A stretch of DNA of 64,000 bases, taken from NCBI GenBank assembly GCA_977020255.1, contig CDROCS010002342.1:310001-374000 (forward strand), in the 5' to 3' direction. Position numbers and translations under genes: made by a program. Source of the DNA: Obrimoposthia wandeli (Eukaryota). The notes under the pieces are model-generated. The model did not search any database, was not told where the DNA came from, and saw nothing but the letters and a program-made list of their open reading frames with translations. Of the stretch, positions 1 through 14,631 are shown one piece after another. Numbering within the stretch: position 1 is the stretch's first letter; each line of letters begins with the position of its first letter.

Positions 1-59
1 TGACTGAAAGTAACTAAAGTATCTAGTACCCAAATTTAAAGTTTTTTATTAGACCAGTA

Positions 60-560
60 TCACAAAATACTGAAAAACTGATTCGACTAATTTGTAAAAT
101 TTTTCCTTAAAAATTGATCCCGTGTGTGATCTTGCATTGTTTTGTAGAATTGTAGGTAATTCTGTATATCTGTTATAACTGATGGCCTCTGTTTGAAATT
201 CCTGTAACCATAATAGCTAACGTGGAATGTTTTTCCTAAATCAATATTCCACCTCAAATCATTACTTTTCCACCTCCGTATCGATCAAAGTTCTTTGATA
301 CAGTCATCAAGGAATCATTTTGTTACCAATTGTCGTACCATCATTTATCCATAGTAAAATCTCGACTGGTCAGTCCACAGTATTTTATTTCAAAACTGCT
401 TGGATAATCTACATGTTGCTTACACCAATATAAACGTCGTTGTCTAGGTAAGAACCGATTTGAACACTCATGACTTATCGATGACTATCAATAGACGGTG
501 GTCACCTCCTTCAAATGTCTTTTGAGGTCTCATATTTCTACAATTTATTTCAATACTGAC
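60..560 (-). mobile_element. Degenerate Tc1-like transposase relic
   Basis: Minus-strand fragments KILWTDQSRF, YGGGKVMI*GG and LQNNARSHT resemble Tc1 motifs; many stops. Confidence 0.65.
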
Positions 561-741
561 ATTATGTTGATGTTGTCTTCACAATTTTTACATAGTTTTC
601 TGCGACACGTGTTTGATAGTTACATTTATCATACTAAGTACATTTAATAATCTAACAGAACAAAATAAACTAACCCGACTAATTAAATTGATAAAATTGT
701 CACAATTTTCCGTTAGCATGACAATAAACTATGTTGTCCAG

Positions 742-851
742 AACTGGATTGACGAATTGCTGGTCTGGGATTCCACAAGATACTCAAATATCTCGAAGGT
801 CCGAATTCCACACGATCTGGCCTGGACTCCAGACATCGTACTATATAACTA
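742..851 (+). CDS. nAChR alpha-type subunit exon (ligand-binding domain, loop A): NWIDELLVWDSTRYSNISKVRIPHDLAWTPDIVLYN(Y)
   Basis: Cys-loop receptor motif WxPDIVLYN; tccag acceptor before 742; gtgag donor at 852; phase 2 joins the next exon to give LYNYADE. Confidence 0.95.
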
Positions 852-874
852 GTGAGTTCGACAACACTTTTGTT

Positions 875-1096
875 TCAATTTAATTTAGAATGTTGCCTGT
901 TTCTGTTGAACGAATTCCAGAAGGAGAGCACCCGCATAAGTTTCAGACAGAGGTCAGCCTCAGACTCAAACATGCTAGTCTCGGATGATATGTACTTGAG
1001 AAAGACGAGCTCTTTCCTCGCTGCAGATGAGGTACTAACCATTAGTAGGGTTAGCTCATCAGCTCGTGTGAGTGTCCCATACGAAATATCAAACAA
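875..1096 (-). mobile_element. Possible hAT (Buster-like) C-terminal relic
   Basis: Only weak resemblance of LKYISSETSMFESEADLCLKL to the hAT dimerisation-region end. Confidence 0.25.
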
Positions 1097-4000
1097 AAAT
1101 CCATCCGAGAGCGCTGATCACAGATTTTCAGAACAATACATCGATAAAATAAAGGCATTAAATTTAAAAGGTACGTTAACAAAATCCGTAACGTCTTTCT
1201 AATTGTGTGTTGGACATGAGAGAGCAGCACCCAATTGTGTTACATTTTAGCGTTGATCGTTTATTTACCGTAACACCCAAAGGTTATAGCGCCACTGATC
1301 ATATTAAAAGAAGCAAAAATACACTGTGTTTTAAATTGGGGTAACATAGCTCGTAATATTGGCCAAATATTGTTGATCATTGTTACCAGTTGTAAGTTAT
1401 TTTCATAAATTAAACGTTAAGGAATACTTCTTATTCGTTATAGAACAATAAATGTTATGAAATATAACACTGAATGATTATTTCTGAATGGGGTTGTCGA
1501 TTGTCATCGCTGTTCAGCTCTATTCACGAAGAAGAATGTCGCCGACAGACAAATAGTAATTAGTGGCTCTTCAGTCGATAATCGAATGACTTCTTATCAA
1601 GGAGAGAGAATTCATTCTCGGGTCCGGATTTGGGCCGTAGGCAAAGTTTGCGGAGCATAATTCAATCGATGTATATAGATATAATATTGGGGTAGAAAGA
1701 AAAGTGAGCCAGAGCGACTTGAAGAGAGATTATTATGGGATTATTGATACTTCAGCAAAGTTGAAACCCAATTTTCCCCTTACACTGTCGAAATTGATGA
1801 CTCTAAGGCTCGTTTATGGGAAATGGCCATGCAATCGTCTTTACCGAGAGATTGAGCAGAAATTTATTGTGTTGATGCGTCCTGATAGATTTATTGGAGG
1901 CCAAAATGTCTATTGGGAAAACTAGAGACAAATCTGGGGAATATATAATTATCACCATCAGAGATAAAAATTGTGATTTAATCATTTTTTATTTGTGTTA
2001 CAGGATATACGGCGTATCTTCACACTTTGAGTTCTTCTCTAAACTGTACAATTTTTGATTTTCTCAATCTTTTCCATTGGAATTATATATTTTTAAGAAT
2101 TTTGGTAAAGTTTATATCGAGCCCTGTGCATTCATTGAATATAAAAAAGTCTTGAAAAATGAAAAGGTTGACTTTATATTTATTTAACAAGAACTACTTA
2201 AATTACAATGATTAATAATGAATTTCTAAATTAAATCTCCATGACAAAAATGTTGACATTTCAGTATGGAAACTTTATAAAGTGCTCACACGTTATGCTA
2301 TAAATAGTACAGTACTGACTTATTTTTATGAGCCTATATAATTAAGACTGATCAATTGTCATTTTAAATATATTTGAGATTGGAATTAGTTAAATTTAAT
2401 TATTATGCAATCGAAAAATCATCAATTAAATGTTTTATATAATTTAAAATAATAAACCGAAAACTGGAAAACATTTTGTAATATCTGACATTATTGGGTA
2501 TCATCTTTCAGAAAGTTGGGATCATCAATCCTCAATCTATTATCATTTTTATGCAAGAGGAAGAAAAAAAATCAGATAATTGGTTTAGGATTAACAATCA
2601 TTTAACAATTTATAACGTTTCCAGACTAAAATATCACCTAGTATATTAATTTCTTATAGCACTTCAATCTATACATTCGTTATTTCCCTTTTAGTAGAAT
2701 TTCTTAAACAGGAACATCTTCAAAATATGTAAATTAAGAATCAAATAGGTCATTGAATAGTTGAAACTGATAGGTATATTTTATATCAAAACAGAAAATA
2801 CATATACTTTAATACTTTTATTTATAAGTAATACTTTTATGTTTAACCTTTCAAAAGTTAAAAAATTAGAATTAATTACACAAAAGGCTGAACAAATACT
2901 ATTTATTTAAGGTGAAAATGATTAATTTTTGCAAAATAAGTTTTAAACCACAAATAAACTGTATTCATTTGAATGAATATTATTTATCATAACCCTTGTT
3001 AACTGAATTAGTTAAAGTAATAAATATTTTCAGTTATTTGCATTTTATTTTCAACGAACTACAGATGCCAAAAAGGACTAGATTAAAAGTCTTAAAAAAT
3101 GAGATTTAAAATGATATAAATTTCTCTCAAGTTAGTGATTTCCTATCAAAAAGAGTTACTTGTTAGTTAATCTGAACATTTTTTTACTTCTCTTTGTGTA
3201 TTATTTTAAAATTCATGTATTTTTAAAATAAAATTAAAAATCGAATCATATGATACTAGGCATTTTTAAATTTTCATTTGCAGAAAGCATTTTTTAAAAT
3301 GTTTTCCTTCAACAATCTTTGATTTAAAACAATATTATTCAGTTTACTTTTTACTTAACAGAGTTTGTAATTTACGTATTTTATTGAAAAATCAATCTTA
3401 CATTATACTATTATGCTATTCCTTATAAATACAATTCGTAAATTATACATAAGTATTATTTTTTCAATGGTCAGTCAACTCTGATTCCCTTTTACTTCAT
3501 AATTTCAATGGATATTTTGTTGGCACAACTTGCATTCTTATAGATTGTTTTTTATTATTATTTTTTTTTTTTTTAAATTATTTTCATTTTCATTTAAAAA
3601 TGAACATACATCAATGATAACGATTCATTTCTTTGATGGTCGTTTTATAAGTAAAAATTATTAAATTACAGGAAATCAATTTTTATTTTACCTATAATGT
3701 GTTTTATAAACCAAATAACTTAAATTATTTCTTTTTTTAAAAATATTTTAATGAATTACAAAGTAGCTTCATATGATATATAAAAATTAATTTTTATTTT
3801 TATTTTCAAGTTAATGTGATTAGAGTATATATAGAATACAAATTTATATTCATAAATCAATTGATAAACACTAATGGGATAAATTTAATAAAAATTCAAA
3901 TTATTTTAATTCAATCTGAACAAAACCCCAATTTTAAATAAAAGCTTTTAAAAATAACAATAAATAAAATTTGGTTAGATAAATTTTGTACTATTAAATT

Positions 4001-4379
4001 GATTAAGGATTAAATTAATTTTGAAATATATTTCTAATTTAATTACCTCTCAAATAATATATAAATTGTTGCTATTTATAATGTGTGCATAAGCTTTTAC
4101 GCTTGTTAAAATGTTTTTACATTTCAGTATTTCATAAAAAATTGAATTTCTTATACATTTAAATTACAATGAACTTCTGAAGCTACTTATTGTTGCATAT
4201 TGTCCATTGAATTTGAACTATTTCTTATGTAAATAAAAACACATACATATACAATTTTTATTGAATATTGATTTTTATATTTTATAAAGTAAGGGTTTTT
4301 ATTTTATTATACAGACAATATATATAAAAGATTATTTTGGAAAATATTGATCGGGACATCATAATTTTATATTATGAAA

Positions 4380-4847
4380 ATAACAGAAGTATAATCTGAT
4401 TAATATTTGAATATTTTAAAAAATGATGTCAAATGTCAAAGAGTTCTTGAAAACAACTTTCAGTCAATCACGGGTAATCAGTAGGCATTTGAAATGTCTT
4501 GGCCTCCCAGAAGCCTGGATCTTAATCCAATGGATTTTTACTTCTGGGGTTGCCTGAAATATAAAGTGTATGAAAAATTGTTTAACTCATTGGATCAATT
4601 AAAAGAAAGAATTAAATTCTGTATTGAAGAAAGGAAACTATTAGATTTTGAAACAGTGATAAAAAATGTACCGTTAAGACTTGAGGCAATTATTGAACAA
4701 AATGGCGGACATATTGAACATTATGATAGATTTATATAAATCTATTTTTGTCTACAATCTATTTATTAGAGTTTTTGATAATATATATATTATATTGCTT
4801 TGTGATTTTAATTAATAATAGTTTCTTTCTCTGTGGGACACCCTGTA
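4380..4847 (+). mobile_element. Tc1/mariner-superfamily relic (transposase C-terminus and right end)
   Basis: WPPRSLDLNPMDFYFWGCLK motif (4494-4739); terminal GGGACACCCTG followed by TA at 4846. Confidence 0.8.
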
Positions 4848-5929
4848 GTTATGTTGGTTTTGACTTGAATAAAACAATGTGTGGGGAAAATGTTATAACA
4901 AATAAATTTACGTCTTTTTTGTGTCTAACAAATTTTCTACCAATCCCTCTTCTCTTCCCCACCATTATGCAAATGTTTGTAGGTATATTAGGTATATTCG
5001 GTTCCGCGAAGTTCAGATTCAAAAAGAAGCAAAAGCGTTTCTCAAATGAACTGGTGCGTATCTTCATTAAATCGAACAAACAAGACACAGACTTCACGAG
5101 TCAGCGACTTTGTCGTAGTTTACAGATGTTGTGCTTTTGCTGAAGAATGCTGTCAAAGAATATTTATAATTAGAGACTGTGTTTGTTTGTTTACAACTAT
5201 GAGGATAATAATTTTAATTACTCTTTCAACAAAACAAAATATATTCAGGATATTTTAGGCATCATTAATTCGACTTAACACTGATACTTTTATACTTTTT
5301 ATGTTGATATTTATAGGGTAATTCAAAATATTTTAAAAAATCCTAGCATATTTGAAATTATTAAAGTAAAAATCATAATTTTGTAAAATGTAATGCAAAT
5401 TTGTTTTAATTTAACCATTTATAATTTTTTAAAAAAACGGTAAATTTTCTATGTGGTGAAGAAATAATGCTTTATTATTCTTCTAAAACAATTATGGTCT
5501 GACAACTCACTGGCAAAGCAAGACAGATATCGAACTTTTTATAATGGAAATCACCAATCGACAAATGTGGGGATTCTGGCATAGTAGGAACCCTTCAATA
5601 TATATATATATATAGAAATACTATGCAAGTGTACTGACTGATGAATTTTAAGTAAAATTAAGAAAATATTTGGGAATGAATCTGTTTTTGCCATATATAG
5701 AAGCCGATGAATGTCTCACAAATAAAATTAAATTGATCAAAAATAAAATGGAAGATGATATGGCCACATGTTTCACTAAATAGTGCATTAAAGGATATAA
5801 AATCCTTGTTGACGCGGGAATTAAATACAGTTCCATAGAGTATAGGCGTCCTTGTGTCCACATCTCCACAGAAATTAATTCCCGATTCTATGATGTTCAA
5901 AATCAGATCAGTGTTCCGAGAGATTAACA

Positions 5930-6340
5930 TTTCTAGTGGACAAAGAACAGCAATAGGAGACATGCGTATTAGTGGTGTGAAGCGGATGAAGCAGCAGAGG
6001 CAAAACCGATACTGGAATTCCACCAAAAAGGTTATGATAACTGTTTGGTGGCCTATGCGGGTTTTATACACTACATCCTTTTGAATGCAGGTAAAACAAT
6101 TGTTCCAGACTCATTAAAAATTATTATAAAAAACAATCCCGTTTAGCTAATCGAAAAGGATCCATTTTGCTCCACGACAATGCCTAAATGCGCACTGTGA
6201 TTCAAACGCACGATAAATCAAGGAACTTTAATTATTAAATTGTTTCACATCCTCCATACTCACTGGACCTGACTCAACCGATTTTCATTTTTTCAAGCAT
6301 TTATTGTCATTTCTGGACGGAAGAAATGGGATTATATATA
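5930..6340 (+). mobile_element. mariner transposase relic
   Basis: Motifs KVMITVWW, GSILLHDNA and HPPYSLDL across frameshifts. Confidence 0.85.
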
Positions 6341-7214
6341 AAGTATAGAGTCAGAGGCATGCAACTTCTTCGACCCTAAAAATCGAGAATTTTTTGCAAT
6401 ATGTTTTGAATTTCTTACAAAAAGCTGTAAAAAATGTGTAGAATCAGAAGAGTATTATTTTGATTATTTATTGTTTTAAATTGTGTGTTTATTTATATTA
6501 TCTTTTTATATATTTAAAACTGACATTAATACGGCAACAATTAAATTCAAAATTTTCTCAGATATTTATTGCATAATTTTCATTTTTAAAGAAACACATG
6601 AAATAGAAATATAAATATTTTTTCTGTTAATGAAATATCATATTTATTGTTTTCTTTGGAGAGAGCGTTATTTAAAAAATTTCATCTCGTCAGTTTCTAG
6701 AAAACACATGTTTGATACAAAATAACGAGTTCAAACGAGTGCAAATAATGTCTAACTCGAATCTTTGACGGCAACAAAAAGTATATGGTCGGATTTGTCT
6801 GTTCGGAATCTTTTATTAGTGTACTTTTGTAGTTTGTTCAGAGCATGTAAATGTCTGGAAAATGTTCAAAACCTACTTTAAAATCGCCATATAAACATTG
6901 TTAAATTAGTTTTATGTATTCAAACTAAATACACAACACATAGTTCTTGTTCCTTCCTTCATCCTTGACCTTTGACTGGAGATTTCATGGGAAAATTAAG
7001 TTCTTTAACATATCATACATTCATTCAGTCACTCTTGCAAACGTACTAAAATCAAATAAATATTAAAGTTTGGTATAATATTTAAATATAATTATATTTG
7101 ATTTTAGCCATCTCACAGACATAAAATAGTAATTAAATGCTTTGATTCATAATGTCGTAATCATGATGTGAAACTATCACTAAAAGTGGTCTGATAATTG
7201 GCCTGGGTTTGCAG

Positions 7215-7550
7215 TGCAGATGAGCGATTGAAAGAGAATCGCAACGTGATGCTGGTGGTCAAAAATAACGGGGAAGTGAATTGGATACCGCCTGCTCTCT
7301 TCAAAAGCAGCTGTAAGATCGATATAACAAACTTCCCCTTCGATGAGCAAGGATGTCATCTGAAGTTCGGCTCATGGACGTATGATAGCAAGCAGCTTGA
7401 CATGCAGCTCAAGGACAACAAAACAGAGATTAGCACTGAGGTCTACACTGAGTCCAATGAGTGGACCATCGTACACAAACCCGGCTGGCGCAATCTCAAG
7501 AAGTACCCTTGCTGCGCAGAGACCTTTCCAGACATCACTTACATCCTCTA
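7215..7550 (+). CDS. nAChR exon with Cys-loop (CKIDITNFPFDEQGC), loop B (FGSWTYD) and loop C (KKYPCCAETFPD)
   Basis: C-x13-C loop; vicinal cysteines mark an alpha subunit; tttgcag acceptor and gtgag donor; 336 nt with consistent phases (1+333+2). Confidence 0.97.
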
Positions 7551-10500
7551 GTGAGTGATTATCTTATTCCCTGTATTTGCTCCGAAGTTATACTAGATAA
7601 ACTAAAAAATCTTTCTAAATCATTTTTTTGTTTTTCCTCAAGTTTGAAAAGGACAACTTTTTGAGACTTGTGAACAAATTTTCAGACTATCACTCTAGTG
7701 CGACGGGAGTTGCAAAGACGTCCCTCATATTTTTTAACTTTTCAAAGATAATCACAATATTCTTGGTCAATGTATGGTATGATCTTAGTGTGTCGATCTT
7801 CAAGTGTCCAAAACCCTTAAAAACTGTTCAAAAATATTTCCTTTATATTCAAAACATTTATTTTAAAATTTTTTGTTCTTTATTAAAAAGTTTTAAAATA
7901 AGTTGTACATAATTTTGGTAAAAAATGTTTGTCTTAGAAAGTTTTTCATAAAAATAATTTTTTTTCAACTTTTAGTTTGTTGACATGATGAAGCGAAGTT
8001 TTTACCTACTTCTTACCTTAGCACCTTTTTCTAACAATTAAATTTTTGTTGTTGTTGAAACTTTACAATAATAGTACGGTAAACTAAAATAAATGATATA
8101 ACTTGAAGTTCATAAATATCATTAAATTATATTTAAAATGTGAACGTCTGAAATATTTTTTACCAAACTATTTTTAAGTATCTTCTCAAATGGTCGATTA
8201 TTATGGCCATTTTTGTGTGCAAAAGTGAAATAAACGCTAGAAATATTGTAAAACTACACTATGCAATTGCAAACTTGTTTTACTTACATTTTAACTTTTA
8301 TGAATTTTATTTGAATGCTAATTTCAAAAATGCAATTTATTGTTTCTAAATGTAAAGGTTTTTAAGTTATAGGCATTTCAAATTTCTTTATAAATATCAA
8401 CAATTGTTGAATAATATCCTACATATATGTCACTATATCCATCAACATACAAATAGAAAACAATAAAACAGTATTTTTACTATAATAAACCTATATTTGG
8501 ACTTGTTTCCATAAATTATCTTTCAAAAATGAACATTCTATATCTACATTCTATTTCTACTTTGTTTATTTTGATTATAATGCACTAATCTCCCAAAATA
8601 GTCTTACGTCATAGATTCATCCCAGTTGCTCTGATATCGTTTTTTCATACCTGAAATGTCTTGACATGTTCTTCTTCTCATATGAAATCTCTATAATTTT
8701 CAGTCTGCACACTGCCTTAAAGTAATAAAAAAACATTGTGAAAAGATGGCTTCCTTTTTAGAAATACATATCAATCAATTATATTTTTATTCACTGTAAC
8801 TTTTTTTGTTGAAACTTGCAACCTATCGCTTGATAATAGTGCTTAATATATTATTTATTTTTGTATTTGAAACTTTACCATATAATATTGGTGAATCACA
8901 TAATGAAATGTAATATGAGTATATTTTATAATAGTTTCATAACTAAATAAGGACACATTTTAAAAATTAAAATTTTTAAAAATTCATAAAATAATAAAAC
9001 AAACCATTTTACGATATTCTATTAAAAAATAATAAAGATATTGTTATAGGTTTTATAAGAAAATAATACTTAAATCACAAGTTGCTTTTTATCATTATCT
9101 CTTTGTAAGTTAAAAACTGGGTATGATTTTTCAAAACGTTTTTTTAAAATTAATTGAACATTAAATAAAATAAATATCCCATTAAATATACTTTTGAAAA
9201 ACATTTATTTACCTCATTCATCTTTAAGATAAACTTCGATTTAAAGTTCTATATGGTAAGATTCTGTTTCCCTGTGCTTGAGCCAAAATAAGACAACTTG
9301 AGAAGAACAACTTATGGTAGAAATAAAGTGTCTGGATAAAAAGCTAAACTAGCGATTGAAGTTCGACATAGGCAACATAAAAAGGATTGTTGCCATTGCC
9401 ATAAGGTACTTATTTTATTTCAAGGTCAAAATATTTAAAATATTAATTGGCTTAAGACGAAAATATTAAATGAGATGAATATCGATTTAATTCACCTTGA
9501 CAGGGAAGTTGTTGTCCCAGCACGTTACACATGCTGTCTCGGGAATGTGATGGGAGCTGAATAATTTATTGCCCGTTCAGAATAACGTCACATATTCTCT
9601 CCCGTTGATGGGACAAATCGATATCGAGTGTCTCGGGTTCGGTTGAAGAGATTCCCTGATTATTCATACTCAGTTTCAGTTTCCTTTTCAGATCGTCACT
9701 ATTAATTGGGACCACTATCATCAAGGTGAGCTATATGCTCAACCAATTTCAAAAAGTGAATAAATGGATCCAGTTGCCAGTAAATTCAAGACAGAAGTTT
9801 ATCTTACTTTCGTGTCAGCGTGTCTGTGTGTTTGTAGATGAACTTATTTATGCATACAAATCAAAATCAATAATTTCTTCCTACTGGGATTGTGATATGG
9901 CATTACATCAAAGTTTATATATATAATGGGGTTCTCTACTCAACTTATAAGTACCATATATGTATGCCTTTAATCCCCTTCTGAAAACTTTTATTTTCGA
10001 TTTAACTAAGGAGTCTTTTACAAGGGTCCAAAAAAAATTAAAATTTTATATAAAACACAAATTTTACTTTATTCTATCATTATAAATAAGTCAATTTAAC
10101 AAATAACAAAACTTTTTCTTTTTAAAGGATTGTTGTGGATAATACACAGAAATTTTTAAAAAATTATAAATAATTAGATTTATTCATGGAGTTTTACAAT
10201 TTTAGACTCGTCACTTAAATTATCTAACAATTTCAAAGAATGACTCCAGTGCAGTATTGTAAAAATATGCCTTTGAAAATATGGCTAAAACTCTTATTTT
10301 CCCACAATATAAATGACCTAAAATTACCCAAAGGGTCAAAGATGCAAAATGTCAATTTACATAAAACTAAATTTCAAGCAAAGAAAAAATAACCACCAAG
10401 AGTTAAATTTGAGAACAAGACGTAGATTATGATAATTGAAGCCTCAGTTTCAAATGCTAGTATACGTTTTGGTTTGTACCAAATACGAACGAGTGATTGA

Positions 10501-10799
10501 CTAAGAATTTAGGTAACTTGAATATTATTTAAAAGAATAGAAAATAGTATAGTTATTTAAAAATGTTATATTTTAAAATTTCGTATTATTTAAGAAGTAT
10601 TTGAAGTTCACGAAATGAAGAATTTGTAAACTAAGGATATGTAAGAAAAATGTGATAGTCGTTATATTCGCCAAGAATTTCAAAGTTAGTTTCGAAATAA
10701 ATAAGTCAATTTTTTTTAAGTGATATATATTAATTAGGATTAATATTTTCTAAAGGGCTTCCATCCACCAGTACATCGTCAATATCACCACCAATGACA

Positions 10800-11480
10800 T
10801 AAGCCTTTTAAAATCAGTTGCTAACGCACTCTATATATTGAGTTAATAGAATTTACAATCCACTCCAAAGTTATTTCATACTAGGCTCTTTTCATATGAC
10901 CTGTTTTGATATTTGAATTATACTTAACTATCATCCACTTCTCCCATGTATGTTTGATTTTTGATATAAAACTCTTGTTAATCAAAATATTCAGTGGTTT
11001 AAGCAATTTGGTCATATCTCCTGGAATTGTAGCAATAGAAAATACTGTCAAATGAGCCGATGCTGAATTTAAAATCAGAACAGATGTCGGCTTGGAAATG
11101 ACAGGAAACATATCTACTTATAAATTTCCTATTTTACTCATCCCTTTTCATTTGCATAATCGACTATCAGATGTAGATACTTATCCTTTGAAATAGCTTC
11201 CTGTTTAAAAATTACCATAGGGGAATTTTATTCCTGTCTGCGATGACAAACTAATTTTATACTCCTGTGGTGATAAGTTTTACAGCATTTTCCCCAACTG
11301 ACTCAATAGTACAATTTGTAGGCATGTTGAAGCACAAAGGCACCTCATCCATATTGCTTATGTGCTTTGGATTTATATTTTTAGCCTTATTCTTTAAATA
11401 AATTTTAAAATATTCAAACTTTTCAATCCAGTTATTCAGCAGTTCTGGGCTATTTCGTTGTATAAAAGGAAAACATAGCT
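10800..11480 (-). mobile_element. pogo/Tigger-type transposase relic
   Basis: Minus-strand NMDEVPLCFNMP, IPPMVIFK, IPGDMTKLLKPLN and KTGHMKR resemble the pogo DDE domain. Confidence 0.8.
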
Positions 11481-12346
11481 TAATAAAATATAGTATATAT
11501 AATAGTATTGGTCTGTGCTAAAAAAAAGAAGAAATTGTTTCCAATTTTAATTATTTTTGTGTATGTGGGCTATATATGGACGTGGACTAAACACAGAAAA
11601 TTAAATTAATTCAATGCTCATGAACCTTCCAAATATTACTGACCCATCGTTTACTCGTTTACTAACCATTCTGAGCAAGTTATGATATTCCAAAAAGGCT
11701 TTTTATAAGCAAATAAATCTCTGAATAAATGATGAAGAAAACATATTACTCTTACAAGGGAAGTTATCGAAGTGGAAACCACAAATCTTCATATTTATAA
11801 AATATTCTCAAAAATATTTGTCAGAAACAAGTTTTAAAAATTTTCTCCCAAAATCATTTTCAAAATTTAAATAGATCAAATTTGAAATTTAGACATAATA
11901 ATAATGTTTAATTGGTACGTTGCTAACAATTCGATAAGTATTAAAGAACTGTTTTAAAATGCAATTAATTCTACTTAATAAAGTTATTTTGATGTTAAGT
12001 AAAGTTGAAAAGATGTATCAACTCCCAAAATTTACTAAGGATGAAATAATTATAAAAAAAGTAATCAATCATTTCAATTTTAAAAATAGGGTTATATTTC
12101 TTATAATTTTAACTTAAATACACAAATAAAAAGTATATTATTATATAGATTGTATTAAATATGAAAATAAATGCTTAGAAGGTAAAAACGTAAATGTTTT
12201 TGAAAAATTTGCGATTTCTACCATCGATCAATTTCTATTTTTAGTTAGAGCTTTAAAAATTTCAAAATATAATCTATTTTAAATTTATACTACAAAAATA
12301 TAAAATTAGTTACCACATCAGAGTCGAAATTTAAAGAATATTGATA

Positions 12347-12530
12347 CAGTCAGACCTCTACATAACGAACACTCTACATAACGAACACTTTTTTTTAACG
12401 AACGGTAAACCATGTCTTATTGTAGTTTATTTTGTTTTATAAATAAAAGTTTATTAAATTGTTCGTTCCTTTTTTTAACGAACATGGAATTTTTTGAAAA
12501 GTTGGTGTTCGTTATGTAGAGGTCTGACTG
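12347..12530. mobile_element. 184-bp pogo/Tigger-type MITE
   Basis: Perfect 26-bp TIRs CAGTCAGACCTCTACATAACGAACAC, TA on both flanks. Confidence 0.92.
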
Positions 12531-12822
12531 TACTTGCAAAGGGCTTTGAAACAGTCCTGTCAAGAAGTTTGATGATTAAGAATAATATCAAATAAATAAA
12601 CATAGTAAAGTTCATGTGCATATCTTTTAAAAGCTTGATTCTATTGCTCTCTTAAATAATAGATGGTTATGTTTAAAAACTTACAATTTATTAGTGCACA
12701 GAGATGTAAATTTAGGTATGTTCCCTCGTTTTTAGTACACTTTACGCTATTTTATGAAGATGTATGTGTATGTATGGGAGAGAGAGAGAAGTTGTACTTG
12801 ACAAAACTTATATTTAATGCAG

Positions 12823-12941
12823 TCTGAAGCGAAACCCCGCCTTTTTCACGTATCTGCTTCTCTTGCCATGCGTGCTACTTTCCAGCCTGACGCTCGTTAT
12901 TTTCTGGCTACCCCCAGAGTCTCCCGCCAAAATGGTGCTCG
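12823..12941 (+). CDS. nAChR exon, TM1 and TM1-TM2 linker: LKRNPAFFTYLLLLPCVLLSSLTLVIFWLPPESPAKMVL(G)
   Basis: Translated by hand; aatgcag acceptor, gtacg donor at 12942; frame continuous with flanking exons. Confidence 0.95.
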
Positions 12942-13779
12942 GTACGTTTGAACTTCTCCTTATATCTGTAATATTGACTCCTACCTGGCATGTAAAGTGT
13001 GCGTTTACAATTTTTTGAAACATTTTTCATATTAAATATGCAGATATTATATTTTGAATATTTCAATGATTATTTTCAGAAATATCTTATGATAATTACA
13101 TTGTATAAATCTAAATTTAATTCAACATTTTAATAAAAAGTCATAAAAAATATCACACTAACATTAAATTATATTTGATGCACTATTTGATTTGCAAAGC
13201 CGCAGAAATCAATCATCATTCTTTCATCAGTTTCATCCTCTTTTCAAATCATTATTCGATACATTTTTAATATTCGCTTCAACGTAAACATCTCATTTTA
13301 TTTAGCTTCTGAAAGTCGAAGGAATATGCTTCTCGATATTTTGCCTGGTCTACAACAAGATTTAAATGAAACAAATTTAATATGTAATGGTGTTAATTTA
13401 TTATTTTAAATTAGAACCAGTGATACACTTTTAATGTTCTAAAATTCGATTAATTCAAACTTTCCCTTTACTTTTGATATAGTAACTATTCAACATAAAA
13501 TAACACAATTTGTGTGGCCTACCAGTGAGGATAGCTATTACTTCCAGATCGAATTAGTTCAAATATTGCATTTATAACATTAATCAATAGGTAATTTTCA
13601 AAAGTTGAGCACAATACGGAAAAAAATCTTATAATCACATATACTACTAACATTCATTAAATATTTATTCATTCAATTAGTAATTCGTTTGATTACCTAT
13701 TAATGAAAGTAATATTAAAATAATATAATAATATATTGGTAAAGGTTTCTATTGCTAACTAAATATAAGTAATATTATT

Positions 13780-13900
13780 ATTAACAAATGGTTAGATCCT
13801 GTTTCTAGTAACTTGATTTTCCATTCATAAATGGTAGATTTAGGGAGCGTTTCGTTATTAAATTCAACACTTAATCTCTCTACAATCTCATAAGCTACCA
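13780..13900 (-). mobile_element. Tc1/mariner N-terminal HTH relic
   Basis: LPKSTIYEWKIKLLETGS resembles the transposase HTH end. Confidence 0.45.
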
Positions 13901-14544
13901 ATTGTAAAATAAACAAGCTGTAGTTAGTTTTCTGTACATTCATTTTTCATTATTTGTAAATTTAATAATCAATTGTAATATTATAAAAAACTGAAGTTAA
14001 TATTTATTTCCATTTGAATTACTTTGTATGACCATTGAACCAACAAAGCAGCAAAATGTGGGTCCATTTTAAATTAAAATAGTGATTCTCAAAACGGCTA
14101 CAAGCATTTGAAGTCACCTGGAATTTAAAATCAACTTTTCTACTGTTAAAAAAGATGGTTGGATATTAAAATAACATTGTCATGATTAAAAGCAGTATTT
14201 AAATTGTATGATAGCATAAAAAGACAAAAGGTGAGATATTTATTTAATATATAATATACACTGATTTGCCAAGCATGTCCTTGTGTAAATATTGAAAGAA
14301 AATTGCTGTACGATTTTCATTGGAGAAATCTTGAAATTCTAAATCTTGAGTTGTTGCTTAAGCCATTTGTAAAAGTAAAAAACAAACAAAAGTAAAAATG
14401 AGTGTTTTTAAATACAACAAAGCACGTTTACTCAATTAATTTATATATCAATTGATGTGTATATTTTCACAAAAATTTATGTGGTAAATATATTTACAAA
14501 ATTATTATTAATGGCCATTTTATATTCATAACCTTTTTCTGCAG

Positions 14545-14631
14545 GAATGAACATATTCGTTGCTTTCTTCCTCCTCTTGTTGCTTCTAGCTGAGTCTACA
14601 CCATCAGCTTCGACCAGCGTACCATATATTG
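14545..14631 (+). CDS. nAChR exon, TM2 and TM2-TM3 loop: MNIFVAFFLLLLLLAESTPSASTSVPYI(G)
   Basis: ttttctgcag acceptor, gtgag donor at 14632; LLLAE..P..S..VP.IG motif. Confidence 0.95.

Noticed and set aside
852-1202. 116-aa ORF directly after the first nAChR exon
   Set aside because: Starts at the intron donor GTG; no homology to receptor sequence
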